Source of the DNA: Pseudomonadota bacterium
GTDB taxonomy: Bacteria; Pseudomonadota; Alphaproteobacteria; Rhodospirillales; Casp-alpha2
Length of the DNA: 64,000 nucleotides
Direction: 5' to 3'
Assembly: GCA_027624235.1 (NCBI GenBank)
Contig: JAQBYB010000005.1
Location: 1,794 to 65,793, forward strand
The notes under the pieces were generated by a model. That model ran no database searches, was not told where the DNA came from, and saw only the letters and a program-made list of their open reading frames with translations. Both the position numbers and the translations under genes were made by a program. Positions 47,353-55,353 of the stretch are shown here, one piece after another; position 1 is the stretch's first letter; every line of letters begins with the position of its first letter.

Positions 47353-47468
47353 ACCCTCGACGATAACTTTGCTTCATCCGCGGACACGCCATCTTTGCGT
47401 TTAAGATAAAGAGTTGCGTCGATCAGTTGAGACTACCCCCCGAAAGCGGACCATTTTTAGGGAGACGC
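47316..47468 (-). mobile_element. IS30-family element remnant (left end plus the first ~20 codons of the transposase)
   Basis: The minus-strand reading MKQSYRRGFSAAEKTELWDRW (47377 down to ~47316) matches, from memory, the N-terminal HTH region of IS30-family transposases. Homology then breaks off inside the ATPase 3' end. The upstream ~100 bp is repeated at 48762-48877. Confidence 0.55.
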
Positions 47469-47520
47469 AATACTGCTGCTTTATTCCACATCGCTAAAGC
47501 CGGTAAGCCAGTTCCAATCC

Positions 47521-48216
47521 TTATTTTAAGGGTTTCTGGAAGAGTGCGACGATATCCTTATACCCTCTTTGTTTTGCATGGGCCAACGGGGTAACTCCTT
47601 GGCGATCGGAAATGGTGACGTCGGCACCGGCTTTGATCAAGGCACGGGCTGTGTTGACGTGCCGCGGTCCGCCATCGCCCAAGACAACCGCTTCAATAAG
47701 GGCTGTCCAACCCAGATTATTGATGTGATTAAGAGGCGCCCCGGCTTTTATTAACGTTCTGACTATATCGAAATGGCCAAGATGCGCTGCTGCAATCAAA
47801 GCCGTTCCGTCATAAGGGCTGGTAATATTCCTGGGATTTCCTCCAAGAGAAATTGCCAATCGCATCATCTCCACATCATTGGCGACAGCGGCAATGGTGA
47901 TCACATCATAGGAGTCATTCTCAAAAGCATTCATATCTGCACCGGCCTTGGCCAATGCTTCGACGGCTTCCTCATGAGATTTGAAAGCGGCGACATGAAG
48001 CGGCGTTCGCCCGGCTCGGTCACGGGCTTCGACTTTGGCTCCTTGGACAATTAACCGGCGGATCTGGTCTGCATCTCCCTTGGATGCAGCCGCATGCAAG
48101 TCTGAATACGCTGATTCTTCAATTTGAGACGGAGCTGTTTGAGCCAAAATACTGCCAGGGATCATCAGCAAATAAGCCAAGAACAACCCAACCCTGCATA
48201 CTCGCCGTGCATTCAT
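47521..48216 (-). CDS. Ankyrin-repeat protein with signal peptide
   Basis: 231 aa. The N-terminus is MNARRVCRVGLFLAYLLMIPGSILAQ, followed by several ANK units (GRTPLHVAA..., DGTALIAAAHLGH..., GWTALIEAV..., GVTPLAHAKQRGY). Confidence 0.88.
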   Translation of the reverse strand: MNARRVCRVGLFLAYLLMIPGSILAQTAPSQIEESAYSDLHAAASKGDADQIRRLIVQGAKVEARDRAGRTPLHVAAFKSHEEAVEALAKAGADMNAFENDSYDVITIAAVANDVEMMRLAISLGGNPRNITSPYDGTALIAAAHLGHFDIVRTLIKAGAPLNHINNLGWTALIEAVVLGDGGPRHVNTARALIKAGADVTISDRQGVTPLAHAKQRGYKDIVALFQKPLK

Positions 48217-48334
48217 GTCCTTCTCCCCGTCCTATCACCGTCAGTTCTACGCCTCTATCGCCAGAGTCATAGACGCGCTGCTAGCCCTCCCAGGGGGGGG
48301 AATCGAACCATTTTTTTTGATCTTTGGCTTGCAC

Positions 48335-48685
48335 TCAAGACCCTAAAAGTTGGACTGGCGGGCCAGCAGCCGCCTCGGCTATGTTTCCACAAGTTGTTTC
48401 CAATTGATCGAGAATTCCGTCAACCATATCCAGGGTCGTTCCAAAAACAAAATCCCTAGGTGCCAATTTTACCGTCGGTCCCTTGTGGCAATGACCAAAG
48501 CATAGGACACGTTCAACTTCAATATCGATGCGTCGCGCAAGGACGCCCGATTCAATTGCCTCGGCGATAGCGACGCTGCCACGAGCCGCACAAGAGGGCT
48601 CATCACCTTGAAAACGCCGGTTCACACAGATCAGAATTTGTGTAGGCCCATTTCCCAAACGCATCTCCACTTTGCGGACTAACAA
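48335..48685 (-). CDS. Thioredoxin-like [2Fe-2S] ferredoxin domain protein
   Basis: 116 aa. The four-Cys pattern ILICVN...PSCAARG...VLCFGHCHKGPTV is typical of (2Fe-2S) ferredoxin-domain proteins. The start may instead be the internal Met at 48664. Confidence 0.65.
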   Translation of the reverse strand: MLVRKVEMRLGNGPTQILICVNRRFQGDEPSCAARGSVAIAEAIESGVLARRIDIEVERVLCFGHCHKGPTVKLAPRDFVFGTTLDMVDGILDQLETTCGNIAEAAAGPPVQLLGS

Positions 48686-48761
48686 TTGCGGGTTTTAATT
48701 ATGTTGTTTGCAGGCCAATGAATTTCAATGAATGTCCGCATTGGGTTGCCACCTCACCCAA

Positions 48762-48877
48762 CGATATAGCTGCTTCATCTGCAGACACCCCATCTTTGCG
48801 GTAAAGATAAAGAGTTGCGTCGAACAGTTGAGACCACCCTCCCATAACGGACATTCTCTGGGTTACGAGGACATACT
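48762..48877. repeat. Second copy of the IS30-like end sequence (direct repeat of 47361-47478)
   Basis: At a constant offset of 1401 bp, 69 of 80 ungapped positions (47371-47450 vs 48772-48851) are identical by manual count. Similarity decays on both sides. Confidence 0.8.
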
Positions 48878-49054
48878 TTAACCACGGTTTCCCAGTGGTC
48901 ATCGTCACCGTGACGGTGGTTCATTTGTCCTGGTGAAAAAGACGGAAAAGGTGCGTCTAGTTGTGATGTCTCAACAGGTTGTTCACATCCTAGCCTGACC
49001 GGCTGTTTCGGGGGTTTTTCGGATCGGTCTTTTCGGCACTGCCTGCGCCCGGCT

Positions 49055-50440
49055 TCAAATCAAATGCCGGATGGCGATGATGATGCCGGCGATCACCGCG
49101 CCATTGAGAAAGGCCGTCGGCGCCATCCAGCGCCAGCCGATGATATGGGCGGGGACGCCGGTGACGCGCGACATGTACAGGGTCGTCCCGGAAAACGGCG
49201 AGACCATCGTGCTCAAGCCCCACACCCCGACATAGGTCAGGCCCATCACCCAGTCCCTCATGCCGATGGCTTCGGGCGGAAGAATGGAGCTCAACGCAAT
49301 CACGACGATGACCGCGTGCAGACCGATCATGCTGGTGATCAGGAAAAACAGGATAATGGCGATGACCTTAGCATCGGTCCACGGCAACACCGCGTTGACC
49401 AGGGCGGCCACATCCTGAGACGGGATGGCGCTGGAAAGGCCGACGCCGAGGATGTTGGCGGCGACAAAAACCAGCACCTCGTTGCGAAGGGTCGGCAGCC
49501 CCTTCATGACCTCATAAGTCAAGCTTTTGGCGCGATGCGGAAATCTGGTGCCTTTGGCCCCGAAGGACATATACCAAAATATCGCAAACGGCGGCCCCAT
49601 CAGACCAAGGGTTACGGGAATGGAGGTTCCGGTGATGTCAACAACCGCAATGGTCAGACCGACAAGCGATCCCAACAGGGCCGCTGTTCGCCAAAAATGC
49701 TGTCTTGAAATGGCGACCGGGCTGGAAGCCGCCTCGGACGGCATCGCCGCGCGCAGAACCAATCGGTCATAGAGCCAGCCTATGGTTATGATGGTGAGCG
49801 CGAGAATTATCCCCAACGGCCCGATATCGCGCCATGACAGGGTCGGGATGGCGACCAGAACAACGATCATGCCGATAAAAAACGGCGACCAGCATGACGC
49901 ACTGCCGAACCCGTTGATGAGGGCCATGGTCATCCGCCGGCGCAGGTGAGGGTCCTTTTGGCCCTCGACCATGGTCGATAGCAAACCAAGTCCGGCCAGA
50001 TTCAGCACCGAGCCTAAAACATGAACCCCGAAGGACATATACATAAAACGCCGTCCGGGTGGCTGACTAACGATGGTTTCTCGCGCCGCCTGCATGGAAG
50101 GGCTTTGCTTGACCGGTAATTGCAGCCAGGAAACCGCGAAGAACAACAGCAGGAAAATCCTGGACCGCGCAATGCCATCGATGACCACACCGGCCCAATG
50201 ATCGGATGCCGCCGCCCCGATCAGGCCGATGAGGGTTAAGACGAGGCCGGCTATTTTTTGCGGAAACGGGATTTGCCTAAATTGAAGAACGATGAAAAGA
50301 ACAATCAATCCGGCCGTGACCGGCACCAATTGGGGCAGGTGAACAAAGGCGTCGATCAGGGCGAGTACGGCGACCGCAAGGTACACCCAAGCTGAAATCC
50401 CGATGCGGTGTTGAGGCAAATCGTTGTCCAGTTGGTACAA
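49055..50440 (-). CDS. Polytopic membrane protein, unassigned family (permease-like)
   Basis: 461 aa with a TTG start and at least 11 hydrophobic segments. It is a long uninterrupted ORF with membrane-protein composition, and I recognise no diagnostic motif. Confidence 0.6.
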   Translation of the reverse strand: MYQLDNDLPQHRIGISAWVYLAVAVLALIDAFVHLPQLVPVTAGLIVLFIVLQFRQIPFPQKIAGLVLTLIGLIGAAASDHWAGVVIDGIARSRIFLLLFFAVSWLQLPVKQSPSMQAARETIVSQPPGRRFMYMSFGVHVLGSVLNLAGLGLLSTMVEGQKDPHLRRRMTMALINGFGSASCWSPFFIGMIVVLVAIPTLSWRDIGPLGIILALTIITIGWLYDRLVLRAAMPSEAASSPVAISRQHFWRTAALLGSLVGLTIAVVDITGTSIPVTLGLMGPPFAIFWYMSFGAKGTRFPHRAKSLTYEVMKGLPTLRNEVLVFVAANILGVGLSSAIPSQDVAALVNAVLPWTDAKVIAIILFFLITSMIGLHAVIVVIALSSILPPEAIGMRDWVMGLTYVGVWGLSTMVSPFSGTTLYMSRVTGVPAHIIGWRWMAPTAFLNGAVIAGIIIAIRHLI

Positions 50441-50546
50441 TGGTGGCTTGAAAGCAGCTTGTTACAACATGTATCTAGCTGCCGCTAAAAATGACTTTCT
50501 ACTATTCCGTTCCGGCGCGGTATAATGAATTTGAGGATCAAAGGTA

Positions 50547-51056
50547 TTGACAGTTGAGAGGAGCCGCAAGGCGCGTTTACAAAAAGCCATGGCAAATGAA
50601 AAAGACATCAACCGCAATTTTGCGCCGTCGACGGTAGAAGCGCCGAGCCGGGCGTCTAAAGAGGCGGTTTCTTCAACGAAACGTTCGCCGTCTCGGGGGA
50701 TGCCCAAGGTTAGGGTCAACCCCAAGATAGCGATGGAATTCGAAAACGAACTGGTCGAAAAATTATCGTCCGGACGAAAGCGTATGTTTTGGTTCGCAAA
50801 TCACTTCATCTTATTTGTCATTGGCGTTGCCGTTGCCATCGCGCTTAAACTTTCTATTTTTGCGAAATTGGAAAACGAATTTTTTCTGGTAGGCCTTGGC
50901 GCCTGGGTCGGGATTTTGGCGATCCACGCCCGCTATGCCCTGGCCCCGATTTTCAGGCGATCCGAAAAAGAAAGCCAATTGAAGGCTATTATTCCCGATG
51001 CCTCGGGTTCGAAAACAGGAAAACCTGATAACCGTGACCAAAGGCGTGGGCGATAA
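50547..51056 (+). CDS. 2TM-domain membrane protein with a basic/Ser-rich N-terminal region
   Basis: 169 aa from the TTG at 50547 (an alternative ATG lies at 50589). Two hydrophobic helices, FWFANHFILFVIGVAVAIAL and LVGLGAWVGILAIHARYAL, fit the 2TM pattern. Confidence 0.6.
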   Translation: MTVERSRKARLQKAMANEKDINRNFAPSTVEAPSRASKEAVSSTKRSPSRGMPKVRVNPKIAMEFENELVEKLSSGRKRMFWFANHFILFVIGVAVAIALKLSIFAKLENEFFLVGLGAWVGILAIHARYALAPIFRRSEKESQLKAIIPDASGSKTGKPDNRDQRRGR

Positions 51057-51273
51057 TGCCGGGGAAGATCAGGCGGGTCGCCGATTGAAGGGACTTGGCC
51101 TTCATTTGGCGATTTATTTCGGGGTGATGGTGTTGGCGGTGCCGTTGAATTTATATTTATTACCGGAAAACCCCTTATTCCTTTTGCCGATGATTGGCTG
51201 GGGCGCGGTGTTGGCGCTGCATGTGGCATATGTTATGGGATTATTCCGGGGGCTTTTCGGTCCATCCGGCTAA
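50998..51273 (+). CDS. 2TM-domain membrane protein (second, tandem copy)
   Basis: ...RRLKGLGLHLAIYFGVMVLAVPLNLYLL...LPMIGWGAVLALHVAYVMGLF. The start is uncertain: the ATG at 50998 overlaps the upstream gene by 59 nt, and a GTG at 51046 is an alternative. Confidence 0.55.
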   Translation: MPRVRKQENLITVTKGVGDNAGEDQAGRRLKGLGLHLAIYFGVMVLAVPLNLYLLPENPLFLLPMIGWGAVLALHVAYVMGLFRGLFGPSG

Positions 51274-51288
51274 GGGGCGCCAGGGCGC

Positions 51289-53274
51289 ATGTTCAAGAAA
51301 ATTCTAATCGCCAACCGGGGTGAAATCGCCTGCCGGATCATGCGCACCGCCAGGGAAATGGGGATCAAGACCGTTGCGGTTTGCTCCGAGGCCGATACCA
51401 GGGCCTTGCATGTGGAAATGGCCGACGAAACCGTTATGATCGGCCCGCCGGTGGCTGCGGAAAGTTATCTGAACGTCGCCAATATCATGAACGCGATTAA
51501 GCAAACCAGGGCCGACGCGGTTCATCCCGGATACGGCTTTCTTTCGGAAAATGCCTCTTTCGCCAAGGCCTTGAAAAAAGCCGGGATCGCCTTCATCGGT
51601 CCAGGGCCGAAGGCGATCACCGTCATGGGTGATAAGATCGAGTCCAAAAAAGTCGCGATCAAGGCCGGCATCAATACGGTTCCGGGCGACGGCGGGGCGC
51701 TTTCAAGCGCGGACGAAGCGGTCAAGGTTGCCAGAAAAATCGGTTATCCGGTGATGCTGAAGGCATCCGCCGGCGGCGGCGGAAAGGGGATGCGGATCGC
51801 GCGAAATGACGCCGAATGCCGCGACGGCCTAAAACGCGCCAGCAGCGAGGCCGAAACCGCATTCGGTGATGGCCGGGTGTTTGTCGAAAAATACATCGAA
51901 CATCCCCGCCATATTGAAATTCAAATATTGGCCGATTCGGCCGGCAACACCGTTTACCTGGGCGAACGTGAATGTTCGATCCAACGCCGCCATCAAAAAG
52001 TCATCGAGGAAGCGCCGTCGCCTTTCCTGGATTCCGATACCCGCCGAGCCATGGGAACCCAAGCCGTCGCCCTGGCCAAAGCGGTGGGATATACATCCGC
52101 CGGCACCGTCGAATTTATCGTCGATCAAGACAAAAACTTTTATTTCCTTGAGATGAACACGCGGCTTCAGGTCGAGCACCCGGTGACTGAAAAAATCACC
52201 GGGCTTGATCTGGTGGAATGGATGATCCGCATTGCCGCCGGCGAATCGTTGACGTTCGGCCAGGATGACGTACAGCTCAATGGGTGGGCCATGGAAGCGC
52301 GTGTTTACGCCGAAAACCCGTTGCGCAATTTCATGCCGTCGACGGGACGGCTGACGGCATACCGCCCGCCGCTGGAAGATGAGAGCCTGCGCGTTGATAC
52401 CGGGGTGTGCGAAGGCGGCGAGATTTCCATTTTTTACGATCCGATGATCGCCAAGGTTATTTCCTATGGCGCCACCCGCGAGCTGGCCAGGGCCCGCATG
52501 TCCGTTGCCCTCGACGAATTCCACATTAGGGGCGTCCAACACAATATCGGCTTTCTGGCGGCGTTGATGGGCCATCCCCGCTTCGCCGAAGGACGCCTGA
52601 GCACTGATTTTATCGCCGAGGAATACCCGGATGGTTTTCATGCGCAGGACCTAATGCCGGATGATCCAAAACTGCTAATTTGTGTCGCCGCCTGTGTGCA
52701 TCGGGCCTATCAGGAGCGCGCCTCGATGATCTCAGGCCAGATTCAAGGCCGCCAACGGGTTGTCGCCGATGATTGGGTCGTCTTGATGCATGGCGGAAAA
52801 TACGACGTGTCCGTCACCCTCAGGGACGGCGGCTACGACCTTTCCCTGAAATCCGGGTCGGTGGCGATACAGTCCGACTGGAAAATCGGCGAAGCCCTAT
52901 TTCAAGGCGACATCGAAGGCCGGCGGTTTTGCATTCAGGTCGAACGGGTCGGAATCGCCTACCGCCTGACCCACGCAGGCGCGGAAGCCGATGCCTTGGT
53001 GATGAACGCCAGGACCGCCGAGTTGCAGGCGCTGATGCCGGTCAAGGTGGCCCCGGATACGTCCAAGTTCCTGTTGTCGCCGATGCCGGGGTTGCTGGTA
53101 TCGCTGTCCGTCGGCCCCGGCCAGGAGGTCAAGTTCGGCGAAGAACTGGCCGTCGTCGAGGCGATGAAGATGGAAAATGTCCTGCGCGCCGAACAGGACG
53201 GGGTGGTTGCCGCCGTCAGGGCGAAAGCCGGCGAAAGTCTGACGGTCGATCAGGTCATCCTGGAATTCGAATAG
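51289..53274 (+). CDS. pccA: Propionyl-CoA carboxylase alpha subunit (biotin carboxylase plus BCCP domain)
   Basis: 661 aa, MFKKILIANRGEIACRIMRTAREMGI... It has an ATP-grasp GGGGKGMRIA and the C-terminal biotinylation motif VVEAMKMEN. Confidence 0.93.
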   Translation: MFKKILIANRGEIACRIMRTAREMGIKTVAVCSEADTRALHVEMADETVMIGPPVAAESYLNVANIMNAIKQTRADAVHPGYGFLSENASFAKALKKAGIAFIGPGPKAITVMGDKIESKKVAIKAGINTVPGDGGALSSADEAVKVARKIGYPVMLKASAGGGGKGMRIARNDAECRDGLKRASSEAETAFGDGRVFVEKYIEHPRHIEIQILADSAGNTVYLGERECSIQRRHQKVIEEAPSPFLDSDTRRAMGTQAVALAKAVGYTSAGTVEFIVDQDKNFYFLEMNTRLQVEHPVTEKITGLDLVEWMIRIAAGESLTFGQDDVQLNGWAMEARVYAENPLRNFMPSTGRLTAYRPPLEDESLRVDTGVCEGGEISIFYDPMIAKVISYGATRELARARMSVALDEFHIRGVQHNIGFLAALMGHPRFAEGRLSTDFIAEEYPDGFHAQDLMPDDPKLLICVAACVHRAYQERASMISGQIQGRQRVVADDWVVLMHGGKYDVSVTLRDGGYDLSLKSGSVAIQSDWKIGEALFQGDIEGRRFCIQVERVGIAYRLTHAGAEADALVMNARTAELQALMPVKVAPDTSKFLLSPMPGLLVSLSVGPGQEVKFGEELAVVEAMKMENVLRAEQDGVVAAVRAKAGESLTVDQVILEFE

Positions 53275-53285
53275 GGCTGCCGCCG

Positions 53286-53561
53286 ATGCTTGAAACGGCG
53301 ATACGGGTTGTCATCGAAGGCCGGGTCCAGGGCGTCTGGTTCCGGGGCTGGACGGCAGGGGAGGCCAAGCGGCTGAACCTGCGCGGCTGGGTCCGTAATC
53401 TTGCGGACGGTTCGGTGGAAGCCGTGTTCGCCGGGCCGGCGGAAATCGTGGACAAAATGATAAACGCCTGCCGGAAAGGGCCGCCGGCGGCCAGGGTCGA
53501 GGCGCTGACCCAGTATCCGGCCGATGTCCCCGAGGAGGCGGGATTTCGGGCTATCGGTTAA
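53286..53561 (+). CDS. acyP: Acylphosphatase
   Basis: 91 aa, MLETAIRVVIEGRVQGVWFRGWTAGEAKRLNLRGWVRNLADGSVEAVF... (V-x-G-x-VQGV-x-FR signature). Confidence 0.9.
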   Translation: MLETAIRVVIEGRVQGVWFRGWTAGEAKRLNLRGWVRNLADGSVEAVFAGPAEIVDKMINACRKGPPAARVEALTQYPADVPEEAGFRAIG

Positions 53562-54429
53562 TCGCGATATAGGCCACCGATGGCACCACCATGAAGACCG
53601 CGATGACGATTCGGGCGGTTAGTTTTTCCCGGCGGAAAACGATAATACTCAGCAACATCGAAAAAATCGGCGCCGCCGCAATAATCGGCACGACGGTGAC
53701 GAGTTCGCCGCGCAACAGGGCGGTGTTCAGGCAAATGACCGCGGCACTGAAGGAAAAGCCCGCGGCGACAAACCAGAAAAGACCCTTGTTCCGCCATTGC
53801 ACGGCGACCGATTTTTTGCGCATGGATTGATTGAGAATGGTAACGATGGCCGATACGGAAAAGCCGACCAGTCCAACAAAATAAGGGTCCGGGATATCTT
53901 CCATCCCGATCTTGGACAGGACATGGGCGAAGGAGCGCACCGCCGCCGCCCCGATCGGCAGCGACAGTGCCCATAAAGGCCACGTCGCCGGCACGCGGGT
54001 ATCTTTTTTGGACAGCAAAATGATGGCCAGGATCACCCCGCCGGTACCGATGGCAATCGGCCAGGTCATGGTTTCGCCCAGCACCAGAACGCCCAAGGTG
54101 GTGCCGAAGATGGGGTTGGTGGCGCTTAGCGTGCTCGCCAGGGTCGGCCCCAGGTGGCGGATGCCGGCCACCGACAGGTTCGCGGAAACCGAGGGCCGAA
54201 ACAATCCGGCGAGAACAAAAATCAAGACGGCCGGTTGGGTCCAATGGGCGCCATCAAGAAGAAACGGCGACAGCGACCAATAAATCACGGCGGCGGTGGT
54301 GATCGAAACCATCGTGCCGCTGCGTAAATCGACCGTCGATACGCCAATGAATTGCATCTGCCCACCGAAGGCAAAAAGAAAGGCCGATGTCAGCGCGAAT
54401 ACATACGGGGGGATATTTTCGAATACCAT
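53551..54429 (-). CDS. EamA/DMT-superfamily transporter
   Basis: 292 aa with ten hydrophobic segments in two similar halves. Its 3' end is convergent with and overlaps acyP by 11 nt. Confidence 0.8.
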   Translation of the reverse strand: MVFENIPPYVFALTSAFLFAFGGQMQFIGVSTVDLRSGTMVSITTAAVIYWSLSPFLLDGAHWTQPAVLIFVLAGLFRPSVSANLSVAGIRHLGPTLASTLSATNPIFGTTLGVLVLGETMTWPIAIGTGGVILAIILLSKKDTRVPATWPLWALSLPIGAAAVRSFAHVLSKIGMEDIPDPYFVGLVGFSVSAIVTILNQSMRKKSVAVQWRNKGLFWFVAAGFSFSAAVICLNTALLRGELVTVVPIIAAAPIFSMLLSIIVFRREKLTARIVIAVFMVVPSVAYIAINR

Positions 54430-54443
54430 TGCAGCGCTCCCGT

Positions 54444-55133
54444 TTATATAGGACGAAGCGGCGTTTTAAAGACGTCTTCAAAGGCCGTCATCAGGGCGCT
54501 ATCCAGTTCGGGCATGGAGGTGGTCAGGCCCAGGTCCCACAGCGAGGTGACGCCATGATCGGCAATGCCGCACGGCACGATGCCGGAGAAGTGTTCAAGG
54601 TCCGGCTCCAGGTTGACGGCGATACCGTGAAACGTGACCCAGTGACGGACCCGGACGCCGATGGCGGCAATTTTGTCTTCGCGCATGGCCGGGTTGTCAG
54701 GGGCGCCGCGCCGCACCCAGATGCCGACCCGGTCGTCAAAGGTCTCGCCGATAACATTGAACTGCGCCAGCGCCCGGATGATCCAGTCTTCCAGGTCATG
54801 GACGAAGCCGCGGACGTCGTTTCCGCGTCCTTTCAGGTCGATCATCACATAGGCGATGCGTTGGCCGGGGCCGTGATAGGTATATCTCCCGCCGCGCCCG
54901 GTGCGGTATATGGGAAACCTGTCCGGGTCGAGAAGCTCGGCGTCTTCGGCGCTGGTGCCGGCGGTGTAAAGGGGCGGGTGTTCCAGCAGCCAGACCATCT
55001 CCGCCACCCGGCCGGCATGAATGTCCTCAACGCGTTGTTCCATATAGGAAATGGCGTCGGTATAGGCAACGGGGGCATCGCTGATCCGCCATTCGACGGG
55101 GGCGGCGGTATTATTGCTCTTATCCGCTGTCAT
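54444..55133 (-). CDS. lipB: Octanoyltransferase LipB
   Basis: 229 aa containing ...[16 protein letters not shown]...[21 protein letters not shown]...KIAAIGVRV...IVPCGI... Confidence 0.93.
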   Translation of the reverse strand: MTADKSNNTAAPVEWRISDAPVAYTDAISYMEQRVEDIHAGRVAEMVWLLEHPPLYTAGTSAEDAELLDPDRFPIYRTGRGGRYTYHGPGQRIAYVMIDLKGRGNDVRGFVHDLEDWIIRALAQFNVIGETFDDRVGIWVRRGAPDNPAMREDKIAAIGVRVRHWVTFHGIAVNLEPDLEHFSGIVPCGIADHGVTSLWDLGLTTSMPELDSALMTAFEDVFKTPLRPI

Positions 55134-55208
55134 CGACTTTCCTTAGCGGGCTTGATTGGACGGCCTGCATTTGGTATTCCCCCTCACAGTACATTTGTAA
55201 AGGAATTT

Positions 55209-55295
55209 GCGGTCGTGGCGGAACTGGTAGACGCGCAGCGTTGAGGTCGCTGTGGGAGCAATCCCGTGGAAGTTCGAGTCTTCTCGACCGCACCA
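55209..55295 (+). tRNA. tRNA-Leu (anticodon GAG)
   Basis: 87 nt. Acceptor stem is gcggtcg/cgaccgc, and the anticodon stem cagcg/cgctg carries loop ttGAGgt. It has a long variable arm, a T-arm ggaag-ttcgagt-cttct and an encoded CCA. Confidence 0.93.
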
Positions 55296-55301
55296 AATTC
55301 C

Positions 55302-55336
55302 AAGGCCCGCCGCAACCGCGACGGGCCTTTTTTTTG
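55302..55336 (+). terminator. Rho-independent terminator after tRNA-Leu
   Basis: aaggcccg (55302-55309) / 12-nt loop / cgggcctt (55322-55329), running into a T8 tract. Confidence 0.8.
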
Positions 55337-55353
55337 ATGTAGGGAATTTCTGG

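Noticed and set aside
47174-47392. 72-aa minus-strand ORF (MACPRMKQSYRRGFSAAEKTELWDRWHQ...)
   Set aside because: It is not an intact gene. It is a chimera of about 20 codons of an IS30-like transposase N-terminus followed by antisense ATPase sequence, so it is annotated as an IS remnant instead.
48699-48908. 69-aa minus-strand ORF (MTMTTGKPWLKYVLV...)
   Set aside because: It spans the second copy of the IS30-like end repeat. The first copy has a stop in the equivalent frame, so the similarity is at DNA level rather than coding. There is no RBS.
52773-53285. Long N-terminal part of the + strand ORF 52773-53561 (262 aa)
   Set aside because: This part is an off-frame read through pccA, full of Arg/Gly/Pro runs. 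Only the last 91 codons, from the ATG at 53286 after the pccA stop, form a real acylphosphatase.
53558-54244. 228-aa minus-strand ORF nested in the EamA transporter gene
   Set aside because: It is an alternative frame of the same strand with an Arg/Gly/Pro/His-rich product. The 292-aa frame gives a coherent ten-TM transporter.
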